From: Pyrinomonadaceae bacterium | Lineage (GTDB): Bacteria > Acidobacteriota > Blastocatellia > Pyrinomonadales > Pyrinomonadaceae | Reading direction: 5' to 3' | NCBI GenBank assembly: GCA_051000815.1 | Contig: JBPCNX010000025.1 | Span: forward strand, 721 to 64,720 | Length of the DNA: 64,000 nt | Shown here: in pieces, positions 29,560-37,910 of the stretch | How the letters are laid out: each line of letters begins with the position of its first letter | Position numbering within the stretch: the first letter of the stretch is position 1 | Made by a program: the position numbers and the translations under genes | Notes under the pieces: generated by a model | Told to the model about the DNA's origin: nothing | The model's database searches: none | What the model saw: the letters and a program-made list of their open reading frames with translations, nothing else

Positions 29560-32500
29560 GTGAATTCTCGCTATTCAGAAGACACTCTCGTCGAACAACC
29601 AGCCATTGAGCTATTCAAAGAACTGGGCTGGCAAGTAGCGAACTGTTACCAAGAAACGTTTGGTCCAAACGGAAGTCTCGGTCGTGAGACGGCGGCTGAG
29701 GTCGTTTTAGTCTCTCGCTTGCGACCAGCCCTTGAAAGACTCAATCCTGATCTTCCTGCTGAAGCGATAACCATTGCCATCGAAGCTCTCACGCGCGACC
29801 GCAGCGCAATGAGCAGCACCGAAGCGAACCGCCAAATCTATAAGCTGCTGAAAGACGGCGTCAGAGCTGACTTGACTGGCATGCAAGCAAGCTCCGCACC
29901 CTCTCACCAGCCCTCGCCCAAGGGAAGAGCGGGCAATGAAGAATCAGTCGTGAGGGTCAAAGTTATTGACTGGGATAACCCGAAGAATAACGACTTCTTC
30001 CTGGCGTCGCAGTTCTGGATCACCGGCGACATGTACAAACGCCGCGCTGACCTTATCGGTTTTGTGAACGGTCTGCCGCTGGTCTTCATTGAGCTAAAAA
30101 AGCTGCGGACAGAGGATGCCTTTCACCACAACCTGCGCGATTACAAGAACACGGTCCCGAAGCTTTTCTGGTACAACGCCTTCATCATCCTTTCACATGG
30201 AAGCAGGAGCCTCATCGGCAGCCTGACGGCAGACCTCGATCATTTCGTTGAATGGAAGAAGATTAACGACGAAGGCGATGAAGGAATCGTCAGTCTCGAG
30301 ACGATGATTCGTGGTACGTGTGAACCCGCGAGACTGCTGGATTTAGTTGAGAACTTCACTCTATTCATTGAGAGCGAGGGAGGCTTGCTGAAGCTGCTGG
30401 CGAAAAACCATCAGTACCTGGGCGTTAGCCGGGCCATCAAAGCCGTCGAAGAGATTCGAAAGAACCAGGGAAAGCTTGGCGTGTTTTGGCACACACAGGG
30501 TAGCGGCAAAAGCTATTCGATGGTCTTCTTCTCGCAAAGGATTCTGCGGAAGTTGCCGGGAAACTGGACTTTCCTTGTAGTTACTGACCGCGAGGATCTC
30601 GACGATCAAATCTACAAAAATTTCGCTGGGGCCGGAGCGGTCGCTGAACCGGAAAATCAGGTGCGAGCCAACAGCGGCGAGCATTTGAAGCAACTGCTGC
30701 GGGAGGACCACCGCCACGTTTTCACTCTCGTACAAAAGTTCCGCACTGATAAAGGCAAAACATACCCCAAGTTATCAGACCGCTCCGACATCATCGTCAT
30801 TACCGACGAAGCCCACCGCAGCCAGTATGACCAGTTGGCTTTGAATATGCGCAACGCTCTGCCCAACGCCGCTTTCATCGCCTTTACCGGAACGCCTTTG
30901 ATGGCTGGTGAAGAACGCACGAAAGAAGTGTTTGGCGATTACATCAGCGTCTACAACTTCAGGCAGTCGGTGGATGACCACGCGACCGTTCCACTTTTCT
31001 ATGAGAACCGCATACCCGAGTTGCAGCTTGTTAATGAAGAGCTGAACGAAGACATGGCGCAAGTGATCGAAGAAGCAGAGCTAACGGAAGAACAGGAAGA
31101 GAAGCTGGAGCGAGAGTTTGCCCGCGAGTATCAGTTGATCACGCGCGATGATCGGCTGGAAAAGGTCGCGGAAGATATTGTCAGACATTTCGCCGGTCGC
31201 GGCTTTCAAGGCAAAGCGATGGTGATTTCACTCGACAAGGCCACGGCCGTGCGGATGTTCGACAAGGTTCACAAGTACTGGCACAAACATCTGCGAGAGC
31301 TTGAATCGAAGCTTTCAGCCTGCGCGGAAGACGAGCACGCGGAACTGGCAGACAAAATCGCACTCATGCGCAAGACGGACATGGCAGTCGTAGTTTCGCA
31401 ATCGCAAAACGAAGTTGAGGATTTGGCTGCGAAAGGCGCGAACATTGTCCCTCATCGAAAGCGCATGCTGAAAGAGGACCTTGATACGAAGTTCAAAGAC
31501 GCGAGCGATCCCCTGCGGCTGGTGTTTGTGTGCGCGATGTGGATTACCGGCTTTGACGTTCCCAGTTGCTCGACAATCTATCTCGACAAGCCAATGCGCA
31601 ATCACACTCTCATGCAAACAATTGCGCGGGCGAATCGCGTGTTTCGAAATAAGGTGAACGGTTTGATTGTCGACTACGTCGGCGTTTTCAGAAATCTGCA
31701 AAAGGCGCTGGCCATCTACGGCGCCGGCGGGGGAATAAATCCTGGTGAGACACCGGTTAAAGACAAGCAGGAGCTGGTTGAGTTGTTGCGAGGTGCAATC
31801 AATTCCGCCGAGGAGTTCTGCGCCGATCGTTGGGTTGACCTGCCGGCTATTCGGGATGCTGGAGGCTTTACAAGAGTGAAGCTGCTTGACGACGCAGTGG
31901 AACCTATCGTTGAAAGTGATGAATCGAAAGAACAGTATCGCTCGCTTACAAACAACGTGACGAGATTGTACAAGGCCATCTTGCCTGATCCGTTTGCTAA
32001 CGAATTCGGTCAAATAAATCTCCTGCTTTCCGCGATTCAAGACAAGATTCAGGCCCTGGCGCCGATACCGGACATTTCTGATGTGCTCTCAAGGGTTGAG
32101 ACTCTGCTGGATACCTCGATTGCCTCCGAAGGCTATGTCATCCACGAGACGGATCGCATTGTCGATCTGAGCAAGATAGATTTCGACGCCCTCCAGAAAC
32201 AGTTTGCGAGAGGAAGGAAGCACACCGAAGTTGAGCGATTAAGAAATGTGCTGGCGGCGAAGCTGGCCGAAATGGTTATCCTCAATCGCACGAGAATGGA
32301 CTACCTGGAACATTTCCAGGAGATGATTGATGAGTACAACTCAGGAGCGGTTAACGTCGAGGTAACGTTTGAGCGGCTCGTGGAGTTCACGAAAGGGCTC
32401 AATGCCGAAGACCAGCGACACATCGCAGAGCAACTGAACGTTGAGGAACTTGCCGTGTTTGACCTCCTCACGAAACCTGAAATCTCTTTGACTGAAAAAG

Positions 32501-32748
32501 AACGAAATGAAGTCAAGAAAGTTGCAAGAGAACTCTTGCAGGTGCTGAAGCGTGAGAAGTTAGTGCTTGATTGGCGGGCGCGACAACAGGCACGCGCTGG
32601 CGTGCGGTTAACAATTGAAGAGAGCTTGGATCACCTGCCGCGTGTCTATTCAAAACAAGTTTACGGGCAGAAGTGTGATTTGATTTATCAGCATGTATTT
32701 GACTCCTACTTTGGATCAGGCAACAGCATTTACCCACGCGCAGCTTGA
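29560..32748 (+). CDS. hsdR: type I restriction endonuclease subunit R
   Basis: 1062 aa with a GTG start. It has an N-terminal PD-(D/E)xK region (RADLIGFVNGLPLVFIELKK), a helicase motif I-like WHTQGSGKS, the DEAH-box variant ITDEAHRSQY, and a C-terminal helical domain. Confidence 0.95.
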   Translation: MNSRYSEDTLVEQPAIELFKELGWQVANCYQETFGPNGSLGRETAAEVVLVSRLRPALERLNPDLPAEAITIAIEALTRDRSAMSSTEANRQIYKLLKDGVRADLTGMQASSAPSHQPSPKGRAGNEESVVRVKVIDWDNPKNNDFFLASQFWITGDMYKRRADLIGFVNGLPLVFIELKKLRTEDAFHHNLRDYKNTVPKLFWYNAFIILSHGSRSLIGSLTADLDHFVEWKKINDEGDEGIVSLETMIRGTCEPARLLDLVENFTLFIESEGGLLKLLAKNHQYLGVSRAIKAVEEIRKNQGKLGVFWHTQGSGKSYSMVFFSQRILRKLPGNWTFLVVTDREDLDDQIYKNFAGAGAVAEPENQVRANSGEHLKQLLREDHRHVFTLVQKFRTDKGKTYPKLSDRSDIIVITDEAHRSQYDQLALNMRNALPNAAFIAFTGTPLMAGEERTKEVFGDYISVYNFRQSVDDHATVPLFYENRIPELQLVNEELNEDMAQVIEEAELTEEQEEKLEREFAREYQLITRDDRLEKVAEDIVRHFAGRGFQGKAMVISLDKATAVRMFDKVHKYWHKHLRELESKLSACAEDEHAELADKIALMRKTDMAVVVSQSQNEVEDLAAKGANIVPHRKRMLKEDLDTKFKDASDPLRLVFVCAMWITGFDVPSCSTIYLDKPMRNHTLMQTIARANRVFRNKVNGLIVDYVGVFRNLQKALAIYGAGGGINPGETPVKDKQELVELLRGAINSAEEFCADRWVDLPAIRDAGGFTRVKLLDDAVEPIVESDESKEQYRSLTNNVTRLYKAILPDPFANEFGQINLLLSAIQDKIQALAPIPDISDVLSRVETLLDTSIASEGYVIHETDRIVDLSKIDFDALQKQFARGRKHTEVERLRNVLAAKLAEMVILNRTRMDYLEHFQEMIDEYNSGAVNVEVTFERLVEFTKGLNAEDQRHIAEQLNVEELAVFDLLTKPEISLTEKERNEVKKVARELLQVLKREKLVLDWRARQQARAGVRLTIEESLDHLPRVYSKQVYGQKCDLIYQHVFDSYFGSGNSIYPRAA

Positions 32749-33077
32749 GGTCGCGGGTATTTGGAAATAAAAGAAGGATAAAACATGAAGCAGATAAAGG
32801 CGGCGCAAACTGAGTCACGCTGCCATTTTTATCCCGGCCTCGCCTACGTCCAACCTTAATTTGGCAACGATCAGCCTGCTCTTCCACGTCCAACTCGCAA
32901 GAATCCTCCCCAGCCTCGTTCTCCAACCAGCTAGTTTTACTGCCAAGGGAGTCTCCCCGAACTTCAGGGGATCTCCATGCGGTCTCCCCGATCAGAAGCT
33001 TCAGCTGCAGTACTGAACTGCGCATTCTCGATAGATCGCGTTCTGCACTGGTTCAGTGCTCCAAGGAGAAAATTAAG

Positions 33078-34145
33078 ATGAAGAATCAGGCGTTTGCATT
33101 AACACTGGGGGTGTTGTCCGTCCTAACCGGGGTCGCGATGATTACGGCGCAACAAATATCACACCGGACTTCCGGCAAAGGCGAATCCGCTTCCGGCAAA
33201 TCAACGCAGATCCAGGCCGGCGAGTATCGTCTCTCCGGACCTTACACTCATAAGAACCTTTCGATCTTTCTTGTGCACGGCAAGAACACATTCACCGGAA
33301 CAACTTTCATCACCTTGCAGGAAGCAATGGTGCAGAAGAAGGTTGTGGTGTATGAGACGAAGAGCGTCAACCAACTCTCGATCGAGAATGTTTCCAACGA
33401 CGACATCTACGTTCAGGCAGGCGACATTGTGAAAGGCGGACAACAGGATCGCATGATCGGGGTCGATCTGATCGTGCCTCGCAAGTCAGGAAAGATGCCG
33501 ATCGCCGCTTTCTGTGTAGAGCACGGCCGCTGGAGTGGACGCGGCAACGAACAGGTCACGGTTTTCAGCAGTTCATCAGACGTCGCGTCCACAAAGGAGA
33601 TCAAGCTGGCGGCAAAACGTTCCAGTTCGCAGGGGGCTGTTTGGGAGAACGTGCGCGTAGCCCAGGACAAACTGAGCTCCAACATCGGAGCGCGGGTTAA
33701 CTCCTCCGTTTCGGAATCGAGCCTGCAACTGGCGGTTGAAAATCAGAAAGTCAGGGAGACTGCTGATAGTTACAACAGAGCGCTAATGAACATAATCAAC
33801 GGACGGGACGACGTAATCGGTTATGTTTTTGCAATCAACGGGAAGGTGAACAGCGCTGATGTTTACGGTTCAAACGCGCTCTTCAAAAAGCTCTGGCCCA
33901 AGCTGTTGAAAGCGAATGCCATTGAGGCTATCGCCGAAATCCAAAAGGAAGAGTTTCAGCAGGCTACAACGGACCATGTGAAGACCTTCCTTACAGACAG
34001 CGAGAAGGCCAAGGCAAGTGAAAAAGAAGTAAGCGCGCGCGTAGGCCTGGTTACGAGCGAGGATGAGAAGCAGATTTTCTTTGAGACTCGCGACCGCGCA
34101 CAGAAGGACGCGTGGATCCATCGCAACTACATTAAGAAGAATTAA
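33078..34145 (+). CDS. secreted protein resembling the DUF6569 / 'ARPP-1' family (function unknown)
   Basis: 355 aa with a signal peptide. HKNLSIFLVHG...FITLQEAM...QLSIENVSNDDIYVQAGDIVKGGQQDRMIGVDLIVP...AFCVEHGRWS matches that family's pattern from memory. Not verified. Confidence 0.55.
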   Translation: MKNQAFALTLGVLSVLTGVAMITAQQISHRTSGKGESASGKSTQIQAGEYRLSGPYTHKNLSIFLVHGKNTFTGTTFITLQEAMVQKKVVVYETKSVNQLSIENVSNDDIYVQAGDIVKGGQQDRMIGVDLIVPRKSGKMPIAAFCVEHGRWSGRGNEQVTVFSSSSDVASTKEIKLAAKRSSSQGAVWENVRVAQDKLSSNIGARVNSSVSESSLQLAVENQKVRETADSYNRALMNIINGRDDVIGYVFAINGKVNSADVYGSNALFKKLWPKLLKANAIEAIAEIQKEEFQQATTDHVKTFLTDSEKAKASEKEVSARVGLVTSEDEKQIFFETRDRAQKDAWIHRNYIKKN

Positions 34146-34147
34146 GC

Positions 34148-34250
34148 AACAGGGGAACAGGGGAACAGGCGAACAGGGGAATAGGGGAACATAGGGCTTA
34201 TTGTTGCTCGCTCCTCTGTTACCCGGTTCCCCTGTTACCCCGTTCCCCCT
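34148..34250. repeat. inverted arms of tandem GGGGAACA octamers between convergent genes
   Basis: The left arm (34148-34196) is aacaggggaacaggggaacaggcgaacaggggaataggggaacataggg. The right arm (34214-34250) is ctctgttacccggttcccctgttaccccgttccccc. Confidence 0.85.
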
Positions 34251-34255
34251 TTTCA

Positions 34256-34888
34256 TTAGTGCGTAATCTTTGTTGAATACAGAATGCCGTACATCGCATC
34301 CTGGTGGCGCGGGAAATCTTTGCCGTTGGAAGCTAGCATCAGGTTTACCATCTGCACTTGTCCCGCATATTTGCGATAGGCAAGCCACTGTAGACGCCGA
34401 ATGCCGTCCGCTGCCTCCGGATTTGATTCGCGAAACTGCAGGCCCTTCAGACCATCAATCTCCACCCACTTCAGTTCGTCCACCTCGCCATTCTTGGCGC
34501 GAGTTTTTGCCCCGTCGTAAAAAGCATTGAGACTGATTTCCGTGGGGAAGCTCTCGTCCATGGGCGAGATGTTCACAATTAAAGACGCGGCATCCCAGGA
34601 ACCCGGTGAGCGCCAGACAAGCATTTTGGTTTCGTCCGTAGCCTTTTTCCAGTTGGGCGGCAGAGTCCAGGACATCCCCTGCTTATCCCAGCTGACATTC
34701 TGTCCACCCGCCAGGGCAGCGCTCTGCGCCTCAGTGGGCTCGGCCTGCCCAACATCAGCGCCGCCCGAGACGACAGGCGCCGACTTGCTGGAACCGCCCG
34801 AGGATGAACCCACGCCTTTTAGCTTGTTGGTTAAGTTACATAGCGACAAAGTAAAGCCGAGCACAAGCAGAACTGCAAAAGTTTTCAT
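34256..34888 (-). CDS. lipoprotein, function unknown
   Basis: 210 aa with a signal peptide and lipobox (LGFTLSLC), then a Gly/Ser linker. The composition looks coding. Confidence 0.6.
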   Translation of the reverse strand: MKTFAVLLVLGFTLSLCNLTNKLKGVGSSSGGSSKSAPVVSGGADVGQAEPTEAQSAALAGGQNVSWDKQGMSWTLPPNWKKATDETKMLVWRSPGSWDAASLIVNISPMDESFPTEISLNAFYDGAKTRAKNGEVDELKWVEIDGLKGLQFRESNPEAADGIRRLQWLAYRKYAGQVQMVNLMLASNGKDFPRHQDAMYGILYSTKITH

Positions 34889-35145
34889 CAGTTGATCTCA
34901 CACGCGGGATTTAAGAAAGCAGTCTGCTTCTATCGAAAACTCAGGTTCAAGTCAACAGCGAATGAGCTTTGTAGAGCGATCCACTAAATCACACTAAGCG
35001 TACTGACAATCTTCATGGGATTTCGTGGCCTGCCTTAAGTTTGGATGATTGCCCTCCGAGTTCGAGTAATGAATCATTACCACGCGAGGCCTGAGTGCTA
35101 GCGCACCGAGCCACCGGCTACCGCCGGGTGGTACTGACCTCAACT

Positions 35146-35197
35146 AATCGGCAATCGGCAATCGACAATCGACAATCGGCAATTGGCAATCGGCAAT
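35146..35197. repeat. seven tandem ATCGGCA-type heptamers
   Basis: atcggca atcggca atcgaca atcgaca atcggca attggca atcggca, in the divergent intergenic region. Confidence 0.9.
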
Positions 35198-35343
35198 CCT
35201 GAACTCAACTCCAGAGTGCATCAGTACCTGTTGGTTAGATACCTGGTGTTTCCCTGAAGCGTCTCGCGTGGTATGCTACGGCTCCCCCTTAGGCCCCTCT
35301 TAAATAACGGCGTCACGACGCTAAGAATCTTCCGGAGAACTTT

Positions 35344-36252
35344 ATGAAACGCTTGGAAACACCTTCTGTAATCGTCTGTCTTGTGGGCCTGATCGCGTTC
35401 AGCCTGGTAATAAGCGCTTGTCAGCCAGGCACGAATGTTAACAACACAAACCTCCTGGTTAATGCAAACACGAGTCCCGCAAATGTGAACTCTAATGTCG
35501 CTCCAGTAAGTCCTTCGGTCATTGCGGCGCGGGAACCAGACGCTTATCGCGCCACGCTCGTCTTATCAGCGGAGACTGAAGGAGGACAAAAAACGATTGG
35601 CATTCCGACGTTGTCTGCCGAAGTCGCGCGCAGCGGAGCTGACCGTCGCGTATCGTTCAAACTTCCTGACGGCTCAGATCTTATTTATCTCGAAAAGGGT
35701 GGCCTGCACATTGTTATCGCACCGGCCCGCAAGCAATACGCCGAGCTGACACCCGAAGCAACAGGCTTCCAACTGCAAAAGTTGATGACTCCGGGACAAC
35801 TGGTGGCGCGTCTGGAAAAACTTCAAGGTGTGGAACAAGTTGGAGAGGAGGCAGTCAATGCCCGACCAGCTATGAAATATCGTTACGGTCATGTGGCCAA
35901 CACGAACACGCAAGCCGGAAGCGTCAGCACTGAAGCTTTTGTTTTCGTCGACAAAGAAACAGGTTTACCGCTGCGATCGGAGCTCTACACGGAAGCGAGT
36001 GGCAACGTGCAGGGAGTGAAGGGCGCGAAAGTTGTCGCCGAGATGCGCGACATTTCCCTGGTTGTGGATCCTACGTTGTTTGAAGTCCCGCTGGGTTTCA
36101 ACAAGGTTCCGCCCGAGCAAGTGAAACAACAGATAGATGCATTGACGAACACCGCCGCGTCGTTGATTAAGGCGCTTATGAGCAACATGGCGGCGTCGAG
36201 CACTAGTCCGGCAAGTTCGCCGGCCGCAACCTCGTCACCTTCGCCGCGCTAG
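35344..36252 (+). CDS. lipoprotein, function unknown
   Basis: 302 aa with a signal peptide and lipobox (LVISAC), and a Ser/Ala/Pro-rich C-terminal tail. Confidence 0.6.
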   Translation: MKRLETPSVIVCLVGLIAFSLVISACQPGTNVNNTNLLVNANTSPANVNSNVAPVSPSVIAAREPDAYRATLVLSAETEGGQKTIGIPTLSAEVARSGADRRVSFKLPDGSDLIYLEKGGLHIVIAPARKQYAELTPEATGFQLQKLMTPGQLVARLEKLQGVEQVGEEAVNARPAMKYRYGHVANTNTQAGSVSTEAFVFVDKETGLPLRSELYTEASGNVQGVKGAKVVAEMRDISLVVDPTLFEVPLGFNKVPPEQVKQQIDALTNTAASLIKALMSNMAASSTSPASSPAATSSPSPR

Positions 36253-36269
36253 TAAAGGAAGGAATACTA

Positions 36270-37022
36270 ATGAAGTACTTCGTAATTCTGTTGTTGGGAT
36301 TAATCATCGGCGCCGCCGGCGCGGTTTTCTTTCTCGGCATCCCGCGGGCTAAATCAAGCCCGGGAGTAGCAGTTACTGCGCCGGATTCCGCAGGTGATCC
36401 CGCCGGTACGGTTGTTGTCAGCCTGACCAGCGGTTTCGTCGATGGTCTCCTGGGAACAATTTTTAAAGACCTGGATGCGCCCTCGTTTCACCTCGCGGGA
36501 AACGGCTTGGATGCCCGCGGGATGAATGTCGAGCAGATTGCTTTACAGCAGGGATGCACCAACACGATCACCCTGGCGCCGGCCGGGAGCAACGTAAAGA
36601 CTGAAGTGCAGTTTACCAACGGAAAGATCGCAGCGCCCCTGGCTTTCAGTGGGAGTTACAACCTCCTTGGCAACTGTACGCAGTTCAAAGGTTGGGCCCA
36701 GACGAGTATTGGGCTGCGGTTCGATCAGGCCAGTCAGACAGTTTACGGCCAGGTGGAAGTTGAAGGCGTCAATCTCGAAGGGGTTAACCCAATCGCCAAC
36801 AACTTCGTCACGGTATTTGTGCGTAATGCAATTGATCAGCGTGTCAATCCGCTCGAGCTGATTCGCGCGCAGCAGTTGCAGCTATTGATTCCCGTGAAAG
36901 CCAGCAACGGCGCGGTCAAGGCCCAGGTAAAGGATGTGCGTGCCGAGATGCTCGATGGCACGTTGAAGATGCACATCTCGTACGAGTTCACCGCAGCGCG
37001 CGGCGTGCAGCCGCAGGGTTAA
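36270..37022 (+). CDS. membrane-anchored hypothetical protein
   Basis: 250 aa with an N-terminal TM (YFVILLLGLIIGAAGAVFFLGI). It starts 17 nt after the previous gene. I recognise no family. Confidence 0.55.
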   Translation: MKYFVILLLGLIIGAAGAVFFLGIPRAKSSPGVAVTAPDSAGDPAGTVVVSLTSGFVDGLLGTIFKDLDAPSFHLAGNGLDARGMNVEQIALQQGCTNTITLAPAGSNVKTEVQFTNGKIAAPLAFSGSYNLLGNCTQFKGWAQTSIGLRFDQASQTVYGQVEVEGVNLEGVNPIANNFVTVFVRNAIDQRVNPLELIRAQQLQLLIPVKASNGAVKAQVKDVRAEMLDGTLKMHISYEFTAARGVQPQG

Positions 37023-37025
37023 GAG

Positions 37026-37143
37026 CAAGTCCAACGTCCAAGGTCCCAAGTCCCAAGTCCAAGGTCCGCTGTCGAAGCTTGTTTGAAAAAATTTCAAGGC
37101 TAATTAGCAGACCTTGGACATTGGACCTTGGACGTTGGACTTG
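37026..37143. terminator. long hairpin of GTCCAAG-type heptamers exactly between two convergent stop codons
   Basis: The left arm is caagtccaacgtccaaggtcccaagtcccaagtccaaggtcc (37026-067). The right arm is gaccttggacattggaccttggacgttggacttg (37110-143). The flanking stops are at 37020-22 (+) and 37151-53 (-). Confidence 0.6.
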
Positions 37144-37150
37144 CCTGTCG

Positions 37151-37642
37151 TCAGGGAAACCTTACCTTCGCGACTTCCTCTTCCGGCGAGTCATGTTGCG
37201 GCTTGACTCCAACTCCATGTTCAAAAGATAGCGAGCCGCCGAGCCAGCTCGAAATCGCGATTAGAATCACACCGACGACGGAAAGCAGGAACGGAATCTT
37301 CAATCCGTAGTCGACCAGGGCTGCACCGCCCGACTTCATCCGCAGATAGAGACTGGCCGCGAAGATAAGTAGCGCGATGATGTTCAAACGCGCGTGCCAG
37401 TTCGCGATCTTCTTCACCTCGTGGTTTTTGATTGAAGCCCAGTCAATCAACCCTGGAATCGCTGCCGCTATCGCTCCAACACAGCCCGCTGCCAGCAGGA
37501 ACTTCGAGATCAACGGCAGCGTTGCTTGTCGCGTGAAGTAGAAGAGGAGGTCAGTAACGAACGACATGGTCCAGAGTGCGAGGGGAAAGGGAATGATCAT
37601 CGGATGAACCGGATGACCAGCGATACTTGCTTTACTTGCCAT
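37151..37642 (-). CDS. DUF2231 domain membrane protein
   Basis: 163 aa with four TM helices and the N-terminal motif IAGHPVHPMIIPFPLALW. Confidence 0.7.
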   Translation of the reverse strand: MASKASIAGHPVHPMIIPFPLALWTMSFVTDLLFYFTRQATLPLISKFLLAAGCVGAIAAAIPGLIDWASIKNHEVKKIANWHARLNIIALLIFAASLYLRMKSGGAALVDYGLKIPFLLSVVGVILIAISSWLGGSLSFEHGVGVKPQHDSPEEEVAKVRFP

Positions 37643-37910
37643 GGAGATCCTCCTGTAAGTGCACTTTGTTCGGGGCCCGTAGTCGTGCCGAACCTGGTGT
37701 CTGGATTAACTTCGATTTGGCGCACAAGGGATGTTCATGATGCGCGTCGGTTTCAAGAACTCAGAGTAAGAGCCAGGGGTTCAGAGTAGTGAACTTCAAG
37801 AATTCTAAAGCTTCAAAATAGTTTTCTTTTCCTTCCCCGCATTTCGTGGATGATTTTTGTTGCGGAGATTACTACGATTCACTACGTCAAACTACATAAA
37901 ACCAGGGACC

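Noticed and set aside
29875-29945. Low-complexity insert in the HsdR N-domain (TGMQASSAPSHQPSPKGRAGNEES), considered as another intragenic palindromic element
   Set aside because: I could not find a convincing inverted repeat in the underlying DNA. It may simply be a variable surface loop.
23867-32748. Calling the defence island a mobile element
   Set aside because: There is no integrase, transposase, recombinase or terminal repeat, and the island does not abut a tRNA. Only composition and gene content suggest horizontal origin.
23781-32918. 10-bp direct repeat cccagcctcg at 23781-790 and 32909-918, considered as possible att/target duplication bounding the R-M island
   Set aside because: A single 10-mer match between a ~170-nt and a ~330-nt flank could arise by chance (I estimate a few percent). 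The left copy lies downstream of the putative operon promoter, and no integrase is present.
31315-33025. 241-aa and 170-aa minus-strand ORFs (31315-32040 and 32513-33025)
   Set aside because: They are antisense to hsdR or its 3' flank, have no family features, and sit opposite a strongly supported 1062-aa gene.
34148-35197. Possibility that the tandem word arrays (here and at 37026, 53572, 53956 and 62796) are CRISPR arrays
   Set aside because: The units are 7-8 nt, head-to-tail with no spacers, and arranged as inverted arms. No cas genes are present in the window.
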